Part shown: positions 48,814 through 59,829 of the stretch, one piece after another | Layout of the letters: every line of letters begins with the position of its first letter | Numbering within the stretch: position 1 is the first letter of the stretch | Position numbers and translations under genes: made by a program | Assembly (NCBI GenBank): GCA_029858305.1 | Contig: JAOUFI010000005.1 | Location: forward strand, 1 to 64,000 | DNA: 64,000 nt | Source of the DNA: Candidatus Thorarchaeota archaeon | Lineage (GTDB): Archaea > Asgardarchaeota > Thorarchaeia > Thorarchaeales > Thorarchaeaceae | Direction: 5' to 3' | Notes under the pieces: generated by a model | The model's input: only the letters and a program-made list of their open reading frames with translations | What the model was told of the DNA's origin: nothing | The model's database searches: none

Positions 48814-49749
48814 TTACCTCTTTTCTATCATCAAGTGCCCACTCTCTTCAACTACCTTACCGTTACTCTCTAGAATGTGAATATGTTTCTCAAGCATGAA
48901 CATCTCAAAGACAAAATAGACGTCCTTCGGAATTCGTGGATATATGGTCGGCTTCTGGGATAGCTTTTCAATCGTATCATACCCCTTTGAGATATTATCC
49001 AGAATTCGTTTTTCCCTCTCATCAAAGACTCTTCTGAATTTTCTTAATCTCTCATCAATGTCATCAAGAACTGGATCTATCAGATGACTGCTTATTCCCA
49101 TGCTGGGTCGCAGGTCAATGACTCGCTCCACGGATTTTTTAAAATCTTCAATGTCGCTCACCTTATTTCCATACCATGGCCCGAAATTCGTTAAATCGAT
49201 GTCAGTTAGAAAAATTGTATCATACCCGTTGATGCCAAAGCAAGTATGGTCAATCGTATGCCCTGGCAGATGAATAGGAATTAGATCATTTTCACCACAA
49301 CTAATTGGTTTTCCATCGGTGAAAGTGCTCGTGACATTGTAGTTTCCCATTACATGTCCAAATCTCTGAGATATATAGGATTGCCAAGTAGTATAATACT
49401 TGTGTCCCTCGATGCCATATAGCTCAATGAGACCTTGGAATGTTCGAACACCGATTTCAGCTAGAGAGTGGCAGATTAGTTCACAATTTGCAATCTTTTG
49501 AATGTCTGCAGCATATCCTTTATGATCAATATGGAAATGCGTTAATACAATCCTCTGGATATCCGAGATTTCATGATTGAGGTCTTTCAATGTACTTGAA
49601 ATATTTTGCAAACTAGAACCAGCATCGACAAGTGTCAATATCTCATCATCTATGAGCAACGTGTTTGCTTCTGGAAACCTAGCTGCATTTTCTCCTCGAA
49701 CGAGATGTACATTTGGGAGGATCTCGATGTGCTTTGAATAATCAGACAT
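48814..49749 (-). CDS. Metallo-beta-lactamase fold hydrolase
   Basis: LTHFHIDH, PGHTIDH, TDID, SSH. Confidence 0.85.
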   Translation of the reverse strand: MSDYSKHIEILPNVHLVRGENAARFPEANTLLIDDEILTLVDAGSSLQNISSTLKDLNHEISDIQRIVLTHFHIDHKGYAADIQKIANCELICHSLAEIGVRTFQGLIELYGIEGHKYYTTWQSYISQRFGHVMGNYNVTSTFTDGKPISCGENDLIPIHLPGHTIDHTCFGINGYDTIFLTDIDLTNFGPWYGNKVSDIEDFKKSVERVIDLRPSMGISSHLIDPVLDDIDERLRKFRRVFDEREKRILDNISKGYDTIEKLSQKPTIYPRIPKDVYFVFEMFMLEKHIHILESNGKVVEESGHLMIEKR

Positions 49750-49850
49750 TGCAATCTGGATTGGTGTTATACCAAATAACTCTCTCTGTCGCACAATCTA
49801 TATTGCCCAGTTTTTCTCATTATTCCTTGTGAAAATAAAAGGTGAGATTG

Positions 49851-51308
49851 ATGAGTCAGCGTTTGTTTGCAGTGTTTGATATTGGTACAACGGGAACACG
49901 TTCAGTTATAATCGATGAGGAGGGTCGGGAAATCAGCAAAGCATACGAGGAATATCCTAGTAAGCCAACTGATTTGAAGACACACGAGCAACTTGCTGAT
50001 ACTTTCTGGCGCACTTCTGCTAATACTATGCAACGAACCTTAGCGAGTTGTAAGCACGGAGCTGAGGCGATAGTAGGAGTTATTGTCACTACAACAAGGG
50101 GGAGCCTTACTCCACTTGATTCTGTTGGAAATGCACTTGCGCCTACCATGACTTGGGTCGATAATCGCTCAAGTGCAAAAAGCAAGGAAATGGCTGACAT
50201 TATCGGACCTCGTTTGAGTGTCAATAAAATGATGTGGTTCATTGAGAATAGACCAGACTTTTTCAAGAAGGTGCATAAATGGGCGTTATTGGATGCTTTC
50301 ATCAATAACAGGTTGTGTGGCGTACTGGCAAGTTCTCCTGCTGATGCAAGATATGGACCAATTGATCATGAAACACTCCAATGGTCTGAGGAACTTTGCG
50401 AAACAACTGGAATTCCCATTGATACAATGGTACCTATAGTAAACGCAGGCACGATGCTAGGTGAGATAACCTCTGATGCTTCAAAGGCTACAGGTCTCAG
50501 AAAAGGTACTCCAGTCATCATGGGCAGTGGGGATCAGCAATGTTCTGCTTTAGGTATGGGTGTTATTGAATCCGGTCTGGTGAAAGCCACTACTGGTACA
50601 GGAACATTCGTAATCACACATCTCGAAGAGTTCATGGAGGAAGCATTTGGCATGTACTGTAATCCCTCTGCAATACCGGACAAATGGATTTTAGAAGGTG
50701 TTATTCCTGGAACTGGACTCACATACAAGTGGTACCGAGATCAGTATTGTGAACCAGAAATGGCACTGGCTGCTAGAACCGAAAAAGATGCATACCAAAT
50801 CATTGAAGCTTCAGCTGCATCAATCCCTGCAGGAAGTGATGGTCTTGTAGTGTTTCCATTTATGGCTTACAATCTTGGTATGTTTTATCATCTTGGTTTT
50901 CAACATACTAAAGCTCATGTTGCGAGAGCAATTCTAGAAGCAAATGGTTATGGTATTAATTTTTACATCGAGATGATGGAGGGAATACTTGACGTAAAGT
51001 TTAGTGAGCTGCGAATAGATGGCGGCGGAGCCAACTCACCATTGTGGCGGCAAATTCAAGCAGATTGTACAGAAAAACCCGTTTTACTTCCACGGATTAG
51101 AGACTCCACAGTGATTGGTGCTGCGATGCTTGGAACTGTCGGGACTGGTATCTATGATAGTTACAAAGAAGCAGTTGACAATATGTACCATGCTGAAGAA
51201 AGAAGAGAACCGATTCCTGAAAATGTAGCTATATACCGGAAACAATACAAAATCTTCAATCGACTATTGAATTCTGAATTGGGTAATATTTTGGAAGCAA
51301 TCACCTAG
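49851..51308 (+). CDS. FGGY family carbohydrate kinase (glycerol/xylulose kinase-like)
   Basis: DIGTTG.R, W.DNR, GDQQC, TGTGTF, DGGGANS..W.QIQAD. Confidence 0.9.
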   Translation: MSQRLFAVFDIGTTGTRSVIIDEEGREISKAYEEYPSKPTDLKTHEQLADTFWRTSANTMQRTLASCKHGAEAIVGVIVTTTRGSLTPLDSVGNALAPTMTWVDNRSSAKSKEMADIIGPRLSVNKMMWFIENRPDFFKKVHKWALLDAFINNRLCGVLASSPADARYGPIDHETLQWSEELCETTGIPIDTMVPIVNAGTMLGEITSDASKATGLRKGTPVIMGSGDQQCSALGMGVIESGLVKATTGTGTFVITHLEEFMEEAFGMYCNPSAIPDKWILEGVIPGTGLTYKWYRDQYCEPEMALAARTEKDAYQIIEASAASIPAGSDGLVVFPFMAYNLGMFYHLGFQHTKAHVARAILEANGYGINFYIEMMEGILDVKFSELRIDGGGANSPLWRQIQADCTEKPVLLPRIRDSTVIGAAMLGTVGTGIYDSYKEAVDNMYHAEERREPIPENVAIYRKQYKIFNRLLNSELGNILEAIT

Positions 51309-51370
51309 AGTCGCAAGTATTCAAATGTAACATATAATCAAGTTTCAAAAAATGAAGACGACTTAGACGA

Positions 51371-51622
51371 TTATTCGTCCTCTTCATCTTGGTTGTCTTC
51401 CCAAATTCTCCCAAAGAATACCAGTGTTAGAACAAGTTCAGAGCCCTCTGCGTTTTGAGCCAGAAACTCAATAGACTCGCTTATGGTATCCTCATATTCC
51501 CATGCTCGGCGAGCTAGGTTAACGAGGTCATCGAACCGTTCATCAGAAATATCAAGTGCTTGAGTTAATTTTTCAACGTCATGACCTACCACTTTGAGAG
51601 TTCCAAGATTATAGTCTGGCAT
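51371..51622 (-). CDS. Small acidic hypothetical protein
   Basis: 83-aa ORF, GGTG upstream. Confidence 0.6.
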   Translation of the reverse strand: MPDYNLGTLKVVGHDVEKLTQALDISDERFDDLVNLARRAWEYEDTISESIEFLAQNAEGSELVLTLVFFGRIWEDNQDEEDE

Positions 51623-51806
51623 CTATTTGCACCGTGACAAAGGCATCATGTGATTCCTTTTAATCTATCTACGCTTGCGTCGTCTCAAATTTTGCATTAA
51701 GACTACAATCGAAACCCTTCTATTGCACGTAGAATTCACATCCATAGCGACAAGAATTCTGTCTGCATTAAATCCACTCCCTAAAATGTGTGGGGGGCTC
51801 TGAGCT

Positions 51807-53471
51807 ATGACTGATTCCGAATTTGATGTTGTTGTGATTGGCGGCGGAAGTACGGGAACGGCTGTTGCCCGTGATTGTGCGATACGAGGCCTAAAGACTC
51901 TGCTACTTGAACGAGATGACATTGCCTCAGCCACTGTTGGTACCTGTGCTGGAATGATTTCTTCAGGTCTAAAGTATAGTGACGAGCCTGATATCATGGC
52001 TATGTGTTCTAAAGAAGTAATGCACTTCAATCATATTGCACGTCATATCATCATGAAGAATCCTATTCTAGCACCACTCTTGGATTTGAGTGATGCTGCA
52101 AGCGACAGCTCCTATGTGGACTCTTATTCGGCCCATGCTGAGGAGCGAGAAGTTCCCTCAATGTTGTTTTTAACACCTGAAGCTTCGCGCGAGATTGAAC
52201 CAATGCTCAATCCCGATATCATCGCCAGTGTTTACTATGAGGAGTTCTTCATTGATCCGTTCCGATTATGTATGCTTCAGACTCTTGATGCAATCAAACA
52301 CGGAGCAACGGTCAGGACCTATTGTGAGGTGATTGGTTTTGATATCAGTAATAATAACGATATACAGGGAGTTGTGTTCTACAATAGAGTTACTGGCACT
52401 ACTGAGAAGATCAATACAAAATTAGTCATCAATGCCACCGGACCATGGGCACATAAAGTGGCAAAACTCTCTGGTGAAAATCTTGACATCCGCTTGAATA
52501 AAGGAGCCCATGTTATCCTTGATAGAAGAGTAGTTAATGTTGGAATAACAGTGAAAGCCATTGATGGACGATGGATCTACCTCTTTCCCCATGAGAATAC
52601 TACGCTACTCGGGACAACTGCATTGGACACATGGGAGGATCCAGACTCTCTTGTTGCATCTTTTGATGAAATTGAGTATCTTCTTCAAAGCATACAAACC
52701 GTTCTTCCTTCTATTCGGGAGGCCCGAATTATTAGAACAATGGCTGGCATAAGACCTCTTGTACCCGAGTGGAAAAGACCTGAAGGAAAGGTCACTCGTG
52801 GCTATAGAATCATTGACCACAGTGAGAATGGAGGTGTGAAAGGATTGATCAGCTTTACCGGTGGTAAGTTGGTAATGTGCAGACACATGGCTGAGGCTGC
52901 TACAGATCTTGTCTGTAAAAAGCTTGGAAACACTGCAGCATGCATGACCCACAAGCAAGCTTTACCTGGGAACGATGCAGATGTTGACGTATCTGCCCTT
53001 TCAAAGGAATATGGCATTGCACTTCATGCTTTAGAACGAATGCGTGCACGACGGGGAACTGAAATGCTGAAAGTCTTGGAGCTGACAAAAGAGTATCCTG
53101 AGTGGAAGACTACTATATGTACATGCGAACCTGTCATCGAAGCAGAAATTCGTTATGCAATCCGTGAAGAGTTTCCACAGACCTTGAACGATTTAAGACG
53201 TAGGCTTCGTCTAGGAACGGGACCATGTCAGGGAACTTTTTGTACATTTAAAGCAGCAGCAATTCTCTCCGATGAGCTCGATCTTGGTGGTGATGACTTT
53301 CTTGTTGATATTCTAGATTTTCGTGCTGAGCGATGGAAAGGAATCCGACAGTCTATGCGAGGTGAACAACTCGCTCAGGAGGAACTGACACTGGGAATGT
53401 ATACGTGTGTGGCGAATCTTGACCAGTCTGATGTTGATTATGACATAAAACCATGGGAGGAGGGTTCCTAA
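51807..53471 (+). CDS. glpA: Anaerobic glycerol-3-phosphate dehydrogenase subunit A
   Basis: IGGGSTG..VARD, INATGPWA, GIRPL, GGKL, ICTCE.V...EI, RLGTGPCQGTFC. Confidence 0.9.
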   Translation: MTDSEFDVVVIGGGSTGTAVARDCAIRGLKTLLLERDDIASATVGTCAGMISSGLKYSDEPDIMAMCSKEVMHFNHIARHIIMKNPILAPLLDLSDAASDSSYVDSYSAHAEEREVPSMLFLTPEASREIEPMLNPDIIASVYYEEFFIDPFRLCMLQTLDAIKHGATVRTYCEVIGFDISNNNDIQGVVFYNRVTGTTEKINTKLVINATGPWAHKVAKLSGENLDIRLNKGAHVILDRRVVNVGITVKAIDGRWIYLFPHENTTLLGTTALDTWEDPDSLVASFDEIEYLLQSIQTVLPSIREARIIRTMAGIRPLVPEWKRPEGKVTRGYRIIDHSENGGVKGLISFTGGKLVMCRHMAEAATDLVCKKLGNTAACMTHKQALPGNDADVDVSALSKEYGIALHALERMRARRGTEMLKVLELTKEYPEWKTTICTCEPVIEAEIRYAIREEFPQTLNDLRRRLRLGTGPCQGTFCTFKAAAILSDELDLGGDDFLVDILDFRAERWKGIRQSMRGEQLAQEELTLGMYTCVANLDQSDVDYDIKPWEEGS

Positions 53472-54851
53472 ATGATTCTGGAATCTGACCTTCTTGTGAT
53501 TGGGGGAGGACTGGCAGGGCTCGTAGCTGGCACTATTGCCACCGAATCTGGAGCATCTACAATTCTTCTTAGAAAAGGACAGAGCGCAACGGCATTCTCT
53601 TCGGGAGCCATAGATATCATTGGATACCTTCCTGATGCGGCTGAATCTATCTCAGACCCCTTAGAGGGCTTGACTGCGATAGCAGGACTATACCCGCTTC
53701 ATCCCTATGGTGTTGTGGGTTATGGAGATGATGTAGCCCCTGAAGAGGTTGTAGATGCGATTATCGGAAGAGTACGTGATACTGTTGTTTGGCTCAAGAA
53801 CCACCTTCAAGGAACTATCGCTTCTGTTATGGGTGATTTCAATACGAATATCTATCCAATAACTATTCTTGGAACGACAAAACCGACTTGCCTGGTACAG
53901 GAAACAATGAATCCCGGTGATGTTAATAAGCATGAAGAGAGTGTTCTTCTTTTTGCAGGTATTACTGGCTATCCGGATTTTAATCCCTCTGCTGCTGCAA
54001 AGACATATCTTGAGGATAGAATGGCCTTGGGTCAACCACCCCATAAAATCGGTCATTGTATGACTCAGCTTATGCCATTTAGAAAATGCTTCAACATATC
54101 ATCAATCGAGATTGCTCGACATTTAGACCACGCAGGTTCAATAGAAACGCTTGCTAAACAACTAGAACCGCATGTGAAACAAATCGGGGCAACTCATGTT
54201 GCCATTCCACCGGTTCTAGGTTTCCGTCATGCTCTGAAGAACAAACGTGAGTTAGAGAAATCAATCGGTGCTGAGGTTTTTGAACTACTAGGATTCCCGC
54301 CCTCAATACCTGGCCTTCGACTTCAACGAGCACTTGAGGAAGTCTATACAAAAGCTGGTGGAAAAATGTTGGTTGGGCATGAAGCAACATCATATACCAA
54401 AACAGGGCAAAAAATCAAGACGGTGGTAGCAAGAAGTCCACGGCGTGAAATTTCCATAGACACTAAAGCAGTCGTCCTAGCAACTGGCAAGTATATTGGC
54501 GGTGGGATTGCTGGGGATGAGAAGGGACTCCGCGAAACAGTTTTTGACATTATGACCGTAACAGCAGACTATCACTCTGCAAAAGATATTCTTCCCTCAA
54601 AAGCGACCAATCGATTAGAAATCAGTCCTATGGGGCAGCAACTCCAATGGTGTGGATTGAGTATTGACCCTCAATTCAGACCAATTCGTGAAGACGGTCT
54701 TGAATGGGCTGATAATGTCTTTGCAGCTGGAGCGGTATTGGCTGGATACAATTATTCGGTTGAAAAGAGTGGCTTGGGTGTAGCTTTGACAAGCGGATAT
54801 AGCGCAGCAAAAAGTGCGATTAAGTGCATTAAGGGAGGTGGCGAGAATTGA
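53472..54851 (+). CDS. glpB: Anaerobic glycerol-3-phosphate dehydrogenase subunit B
   Basis: GQSATAFSSGAID, PPSIPGLRL, LATG.YIGGG, SGLGVA. Confidence 0.9.
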   Translation: MILESDLLVIGGGLAGLVAGTIATESGASTILLRKGQSATAFSSGAIDIIGYLPDAAESISDPLEGLTAIAGLYPLHPYGVVGYGDDVAPEEVVDAIIGRVRDTVVWLKNHLQGTIASVMGDFNTNIYPITILGTTKPTCLVQETMNPGDVNKHEESVLLFAGITGYPDFNPSAAAKTYLEDRMALGQPPHKIGHCMTQLMPFRKCFNISSIEIARHLDHAGSIETLAKQLEPHVKQIGATHVAIPPVLGFRHALKNKRELEKSIGAEVFELLGFPPSIPGLRLQRALEEVYTKAGGKMLVGHEATSYTKTGQKIKTVVARSPRREISIDTKAVVLATGKYIGGGIAGDEKGLRETVFDIMTVTADYHSAKDILPSKATNRLEISPMGQQLQWCGLSIDPQFRPIREDGLEWADNVFAAGAVLAGYNYSVEKSGLGVALTSGYSAAKSAIKCIKGGGEN

Positions 54852-56083
54852 ACGAGGATGAAGCCTATGAATACGTAAAAAACACATTGAAGAAAGAGTT
54901 GATCACACCCTATCACGCTGATGAACTAGAGATTGTGAAATCAGTAAGTTGTTGCATTAATTGTGGACTATGCATTAACCACTGCCCAGTTGTTGCAGCA
55001 ATTGGACTCGATCGTTTCAACGGTCCTAGAAGTATTGCAGTGGAACTATCGCGTTCACCTCCCGAATATTGGTCCACTGCAGATAAGATCTACTTATGCA
55101 CAGGATGTGGTACATGCAGGGAGGTATGTCCAAAGAATGTAGACATTCCTGAAATCGTGAATCTAATCCGCGCGAGAATTTTCGAGCACCGACCCGACCT
55201 CGTTCCCAAGGGATTCATGCTGGTTAAGGAAATAATCGCAGAACATAATCTCGCCTTCGAACCCTGGGTTGACAGGGAAGAGAAAGCGGAGAGTCGTGAT
55301 ATGCGGCTTGAACGTTTGGGTCTCCCTCATATTCCTGATGTTGTAAAGAAAAATGCAGAGGTGCTTTTCTATCCTGGCTGCCAAGCTGAAGAACGCACTC
55401 AAGAGGTGCGTGAGGCCGCAAAGGTGATTCTTGACTTGTTTGCTGTAGATTTTACAGTCTTGGATGAATTTTCTTGTTGCAGTCTTCCATCACATCTAAT
55501 GGGTGATGAAGATTCTGCAAGGAATCTTGCAAAGCAACTGAAGAAGAAGGTCAAGAAGCTTGGAGTGAAGAAAGTCGTAACAACATGTGCAGGGTGCACC
55601 TCCAATCTTGCTGATCTTGCTGAACGTGATAATTGGGGTACTCCTACTTATCATCTGCTTGAGTTTCTCGCCGAGGAAATTGGTTTTGATAGGATAAAAC
55701 AAGCATTGAAAGAGCAAACTCCCTCGCAGTCTGTTCATGTTTCAGTACATGATCCTTGCCACCTTATTCGTCACACCTCACGACGGATAATGGATTATGC
55801 GATGGATATTCTTTCCCTCATGCCTGGAGTGAAGGTCACTGAATCTATAACTCATGATTCATGTTGTGGCGGAGGCGGGATGGTTTCCTATCATTCCAGA
55901 GATGTTGCTGATGCAGTCGTAAAGGAGAACCTCATTTCCTTGGAAGAAACTGGGGCAGAACGACTTGTTACGCCCTGTCCTCTCTGTACAGCACAGATAG
56001 AAAGCAATCTTTTCAAGAGTGGTAGCTCAATAGAGGTTGACGATCTTACTGTGTTCCTTGCACAGAGATTCTCCAAGGAGTGA
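54848..56083 (+). CDS. glpC: GlpC/HdrD-like Fe-S oxidoreductase (2x4Fe-4S + CCG domains)
   Basis: CINCGLCINHCP, CTGCGTCREVCP, YPGC, HDPCH, CCGGGG. Confidence 0.8.
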   Translation: MNEDEAYEYVKNTLKKELITPYHADELEIVKSVSCCINCGLCINHCPVVAAIGLDRFNGPRSIAVELSRSPPEYWSTADKIYLCTGCGTCREVCPKNVDIPEIVNLIRARIFEHRPDLVPKGFMLVKEIIAEHNLAFEPWVDREEKAESRDMRLERLGLPHIPDVVKKNAEVLFYPGCQAEERTQEVREAAKVILDLFAVDFTVLDEFSCCSLPSHLMGDEDSARNLAKQLKKKVKKLGVKKVVTTCAGCTSNLADLAERDNWGTPTYHLLEFLAEEIGFDRIKQALKEQTPSQSVHVSVHDPCHLIRHTSRRIMDYAMDILSLMPGVKVTESITHDSCCGGGGMVSYHSRDVADAVVKENLISLEETGAERLVTPCPLCTAQIESNLFKSGSSIEVDDLTVFLAQRFSKE

Positions 56084-57519
56084 GCGTAGCTATGCTCGAC
56101 TCGAAGATAATGAAGAAGCTCTACAAGCGTATGGTTTCAATAGTTGGAACGGACTATGTTCACCAGCAAGAAACTGATAGAGTCCTCAATGCTCATGATG
56201 CCTGGCCTCTCAGCGAAGCCAAGTTGCGTTCAGGAGAAATGCTTCCTCTTGCTGATATGGTGGTTTTTCCATCATCAAGAGAGGAAGTATCTGCAATTCT
56301 GATAGCTGCCAATGAGATGGAGATTCCCATTACTCCAGTTGGTGGGGGAGCTGGAACTTGTGGAGGTACATTGCCCATTTACGGTGGTATTCAGCTTGAT
56401 CTAAAGCGTATGTCCAAGATTTATGACATTGATGATCAGTCTATGACCATTAGAGCTCAAGCTGGAGTAGTAGGGATTGACCTTGAAGAAACTGCGAACA
56501 GACATGGCTATACATTGGGTCACACACCAACTTCGCTAAGAGCATCTAATCTCGGTGGATTCATCGCTACCCGTTCCGGAGGTTCCATGTCGTCGTTGTA
56601 CGGAAAAATAGAGGACCTAACACTAGGGCTTGAAGTTGTTTTGCCCAATGGTTCAATCATAGAATGTAAGTCGGTCCCAAGACATTCTGTCGGACCAGAT
56701 CTTCGCCAGCTATTCATAGGATCCGAAGGTACACTAGGTGTCATCACTGAGGCAACGCTGCGGCTTTTCCTACTTCCTGAGGAGCGTCGTTTCAGAAGCT
56801 TTAGTTTTCCTGATGTGCACAGCGGTCTTGAAGCAATCCGAAATATCTTCAGGGTTGGTATCCATCCATCTATCGCAAGACTCTATGACCCTGAAGATGC
56901 CGCTATGAGCTTTTCAATGCATTTTGAGTTTGAAGAAGGCTACTGTATCCTACTCCTGGGATTCGATGGCGATTTAACTCATGTCGACCTTGATGACGGC
57001 AAATCTGCTGAGATCTGCATGACTCTTGGTGGTGTAGATTTAGGTGAAGGTCCATCCAAGAGATGGTGGGAGCACAGGTATGATATGTACTATCCCACTC
57101 GCCTAACAACATCCGGTTATGCTATCGGTGACACTATTGATATTGTTGCAACATATGACAAGCTTGAGAATGTCTATCACTCCATGAAGAAGGCTATGGA
57201 AGCAACAGGTGCCATCGTCATGTCTCACTTCTCGCATATGTATCAAAACGGGGGTAGTATCTATATGATCTTCTTCACATCCCAACCTGATGCTGAAACT
57301 GCTTGGGCGATGTACAAGAAGATTTGGGATGAAGGTGTGGCAGCCTGTCTTAAAGAGGGTGGAACAATGAGCCATCAACATGGAGTGGGTCTGTCGAGAA
57401 GCACTTATACCGAAGATGAGTTGGGTTCAGCTTTTCAAGTACTCAAGAAGGTAAAAGAAATCCTTGATCCAAAGGGAATAATGAATCCCGGAAAGCTTGG
57501 TTTGGGGGTACGTGAATGA
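56080..57519 (+). CDS. FAD-linked oxidase, alkyl-DHAP synthase (AGPS)-like
   Basis: GYTLGH.P.S...LGGFIATRS.G..S.YGKIEDL, PRHSVGPD, GSEGTLGVITE, SHMY.NG..IY, SHQHGVG, DPKGIMNPGK. Confidence 0.8.
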   Translation: MSVAMLDSKIMKKLYKRMVSIVGTDYVHQQETDRVLNAHDAWPLSEAKLRSGEMLPLADMVVFPSSREEVSAILIAANEMEIPITPVGGGAGTCGGTLPIYGGIQLDLKRMSKIYDIDDQSMTIRAQAGVVGIDLEETANRHGYTLGHTPTSLRASNLGGFIATRSGGSMSSLYGKIEDLTLGLEVVLPNGSIIECKSVPRHSVGPDLRQLFIGSEGTLGVITEATLRLFLLPEERRFRSFSFPDVHSGLEAIRNIFRVGIHPSIARLYDPEDAAMSFSMHFEFEEGYCILLLGFDGDLTHVDLDDGKSAEICMTLGGVDLGEGPSKRWWEHRYDMYYPTRLTTSGYAIGDTIDIVATYDKLENVYHSMKKAMEATGAIVMSHFSHMYQNGGSIYMIFFTSQPDAETAWAMYKKIWDEGVAACLKEGGTMSHQHGVGLSRSTYTEDELGSAFQVLKKVKEILDPKGIMNPGKLGLGVRE

Positions 57520-58652
57520 TATTTGATGAAACTCATACTGAGCAAATCCGGATGTGCGCAGCTTGTCCCAAGATGTGCCGTCATGTATGCCCAACTTTCT
57601 TTGCTTGGCGATCAGACTCTCCTACACCACACGGTCGAGCACTCCTTATTCACCAGGCAATCATTGGCACACGTGAGATAGATGAACGTGGTGTTGAAGT
57701 CCTTTTTCAGTGTTTAGAATGCAGTCACTGTCTTACATGGTGCAAACCTGAGATTGATATTGCTACCATTGTTGAAGAACAACGGAAAGCGCTAGTGGCT
57801 GAAGAACGACGCCCAAAGGGCTTAGTTGAGATGGCTCAAGCCATTAGACAATTTCATAATCCCTATTCGGAACCTCATATGTCACGAAATAATTGGTTGC
57901 CTATCAAGAAGAAGAAAGGAGGGAAATCATTGTTCTACTTCATCGGATGCACTGCGGCATACAGAGAGCAGGAGATTGCCTCCAGCACAGTAGACCTTCT
58001 TGAATCTTTAGGCTATCGGATTTCTATAGGAAATGGGTCATCGGATGAATGGTGCTGTGGGTCTCCCCTCTTTCGAACTGGAGATGTGGAACTTGGTCTT
58101 GAACAGGCGCGTCACAACGCTCAGATGCTCAATGAGATGAATGTTGATGAGATAATCGTGACTTGTCCTGGATGTTTCCGAGCTTTGTCGAAAGACTATC
58201 CAGAACATGGCTTAATTCTGAATAAACCAGTTCGTCATATCAGCCAACTGCTTAATGATATTAAAGACAATCTACCAGCCATCGATTTTATGGGAAAAAT
58301 AACATATCATGATCCCTGTCATCTTGGCCGACACTCCAAGATCTATGATGAACCTAGAAATGTAATCAAGCAAGTCTCGAATTCCAATCTGAACGAGATG
58401 GAACGAACAAGGGACAATGCAATGTGCTGTGGTAATGGTGCAGGATTAAGAACTCTCTTTCCTGAGCATGCCAAGAAGATTGGAATGGAACGAGTTCAAC
58501 AAGCCAAACAATCCGGTGCAAGTATTCTTGTCACAGCATGTCCCTTTTGCAAGAATATGCTCCAATCGCAGTCAGGAAACGATTTGATTGTCCTAGATTT
58601 GCCTGAGTTAGTCCTCCAAGCAAAAAGAGGCCGCAAGGTTAAGACACATTAA
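57516..58652 (+). CDS. CCG-domain Fe-S oxidoreductase (GlcF/HdrD-like)
   Basis: CAACPKMCRHVCP, CLECSHC..WC, WCCG, YHDPCHLGR, CCG.G.G, ACPFC. Confidence 0.85.
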   Translation: MIFDETHTEQIRMCAACPKMCRHVCPTFFAWRSDSPTPHGRALLIHQAIIGTREIDERGVEVLFQCLECSHCLTWCKPEIDIATIVEEQRKALVAEERRPKGLVEMAQAIRQFHNPYSEPHMSRNNWLPIKKKKGGKSLFYFIGCTAAYREQEIASSTVDLLESLGYRISIGNGSSDEWCCGSPLFRTGDVELGLEQARHNAQMLNEMNVDEIIVTCPGCFRALSKDYPEHGLILNKPVRHISQLLNDIKDNLPAIDFMGKITYHDPCHLGRHSKIYDEPRNVIKQVSNSNLNEMERTRDNAMCCGNGAGLRTLFPEHAKKIGMERVQQAKQSGASILVTACPFCKNMLQSQSGNDLIVLDLPELVLQAKRGRKVKTH

Positions 58653-58681
58653 GCTTAATCTTCCAAAGAATTTGGACGACA

Positions 58682-59800
58682 ATGAACACCGAAGAAATAC
58701 TCCAACTCAAGGTTCGACTACTTACAGAGGGTGCTCGAATACCAGAAGGAGAGTGGAAGGGACGACGGGGTGGTGCTGGACCAGTAGGAGGACGCTATTT
58801 CTTCCTCCCGAATGGTCGCATTTGTGGTGTCCCTATTCGAACCGGGAAACAAGCTGATCTTTTTCGTTCAGCCAGTCTTGAGCCTACGAATAATCCAAAG
58901 GTATGGCTTTATGATGGATCAACTGAATTATCTGAGGTTCCACGACCAAAATTCTATGATATGAAGACTGCAAATGGAATACCATACAGTAGTATTGCTC
59001 TTCTCCACGGAGAAAGAACTCTTGCTACAACAGTCTACCAAGCTTGTCGATACTGGACTCAAGGAAGTCAATGCAAATTCTGTACAATTCCTCTATCACA
59101 TCGAGTAGGAGACACAGTATTAGAAAAGACTCCTGAAGATGTTGCAGAAGTTGTCCTTGCAGCACTAAATGATGACTACATCGATGATGTTCTTCTCACA
59201 ACCGGGACTCCGGATTCTCCGGACATGGGTATTGAGAAACTTATCAATACAATTACTGCTATACGGAAAGTGAGCAATATCCCTATTGCGGTGCAGTTTG
59301 AGCCTCCTGTTGCTACAAGTGTAATTAAACAAGTAGCAGAAGCTGGAGCTAATGCGGTGGGGATACATATCGAAAGCGCTGATGAACCAATTCGTGAGGA
59401 AATGTGCCCCGGAAAATATGAATATGGCTCTCTTGATTTGTATAAGCAAAGCTGGAAATTTGCTCTGAAGTATTTTGAAAAAGGCCACGTTAGCACTTTT
59501 ATTCTGCATGGTCTTGGTGAAGATGTGCAGAAGACTCTGAATCTAGCTGAAGAGTTATCGCGCATCGGTGTTATGCCTATTGTGGCTCCAGTTCGCCCTT
59601 CACAAGGGAGCCAATTAGCAGATTACATTCCTACATATGTCGGAAACTTGTCTTCCTCAGTTGCTTTCTACAAGAGTCTAGGGACTATACTCTTCAAGCA
59701 CGGATTGAATCCGAAGGAAACTAAGGGTGGCTGTCACAAATGTGGCGGCTGCACACCCATTCAAGAAGCATATGACTGGGCTGCAGCACAGAAGTTATAG
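58682..59800 (+). CDS. Radical SAM protein, MSMEG_0568-like
   Basis: GRRGGAGP, LATTVYQAC-x8-CKFC, C-terminal GCHKCGGC. Confidence 0.75.
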   Translation: MNTEEILQLKVRLLTEGARIPEGEWKGRRGGAGPVGGRYFFLPNGRICGVPIRTGKQADLFRSASLEPTNNPKVWLYDGSTELSEVPRPKFYDMKTANGIPYSSIALLHGERTLATTVYQACRYWTQGSQCKFCTIPLSHRVGDTVLEKTPEDVAEVVLAALNDDYIDDVLLTTGTPDSPDMGIEKLINTITAIRKVSNIPIAVQFEPPVATSVIKQVAEAGANAVGIHIESADEPIREEMCPGKYEYGSLDLYKQSWKFALKYFEKGHVSTFILHGLGEDVQKTLNLAEELSRIGVMPIVAPVRPSQGSQLADYIPTYVGNLSSSVAFYKSLGTILFKHGLNPKETKGGCHKCGGCTPIQEAYDWAAAQKL

Positions 59801-59829
59801 CAGTGCTAAACCTCCTCTGGTTGATTAAC

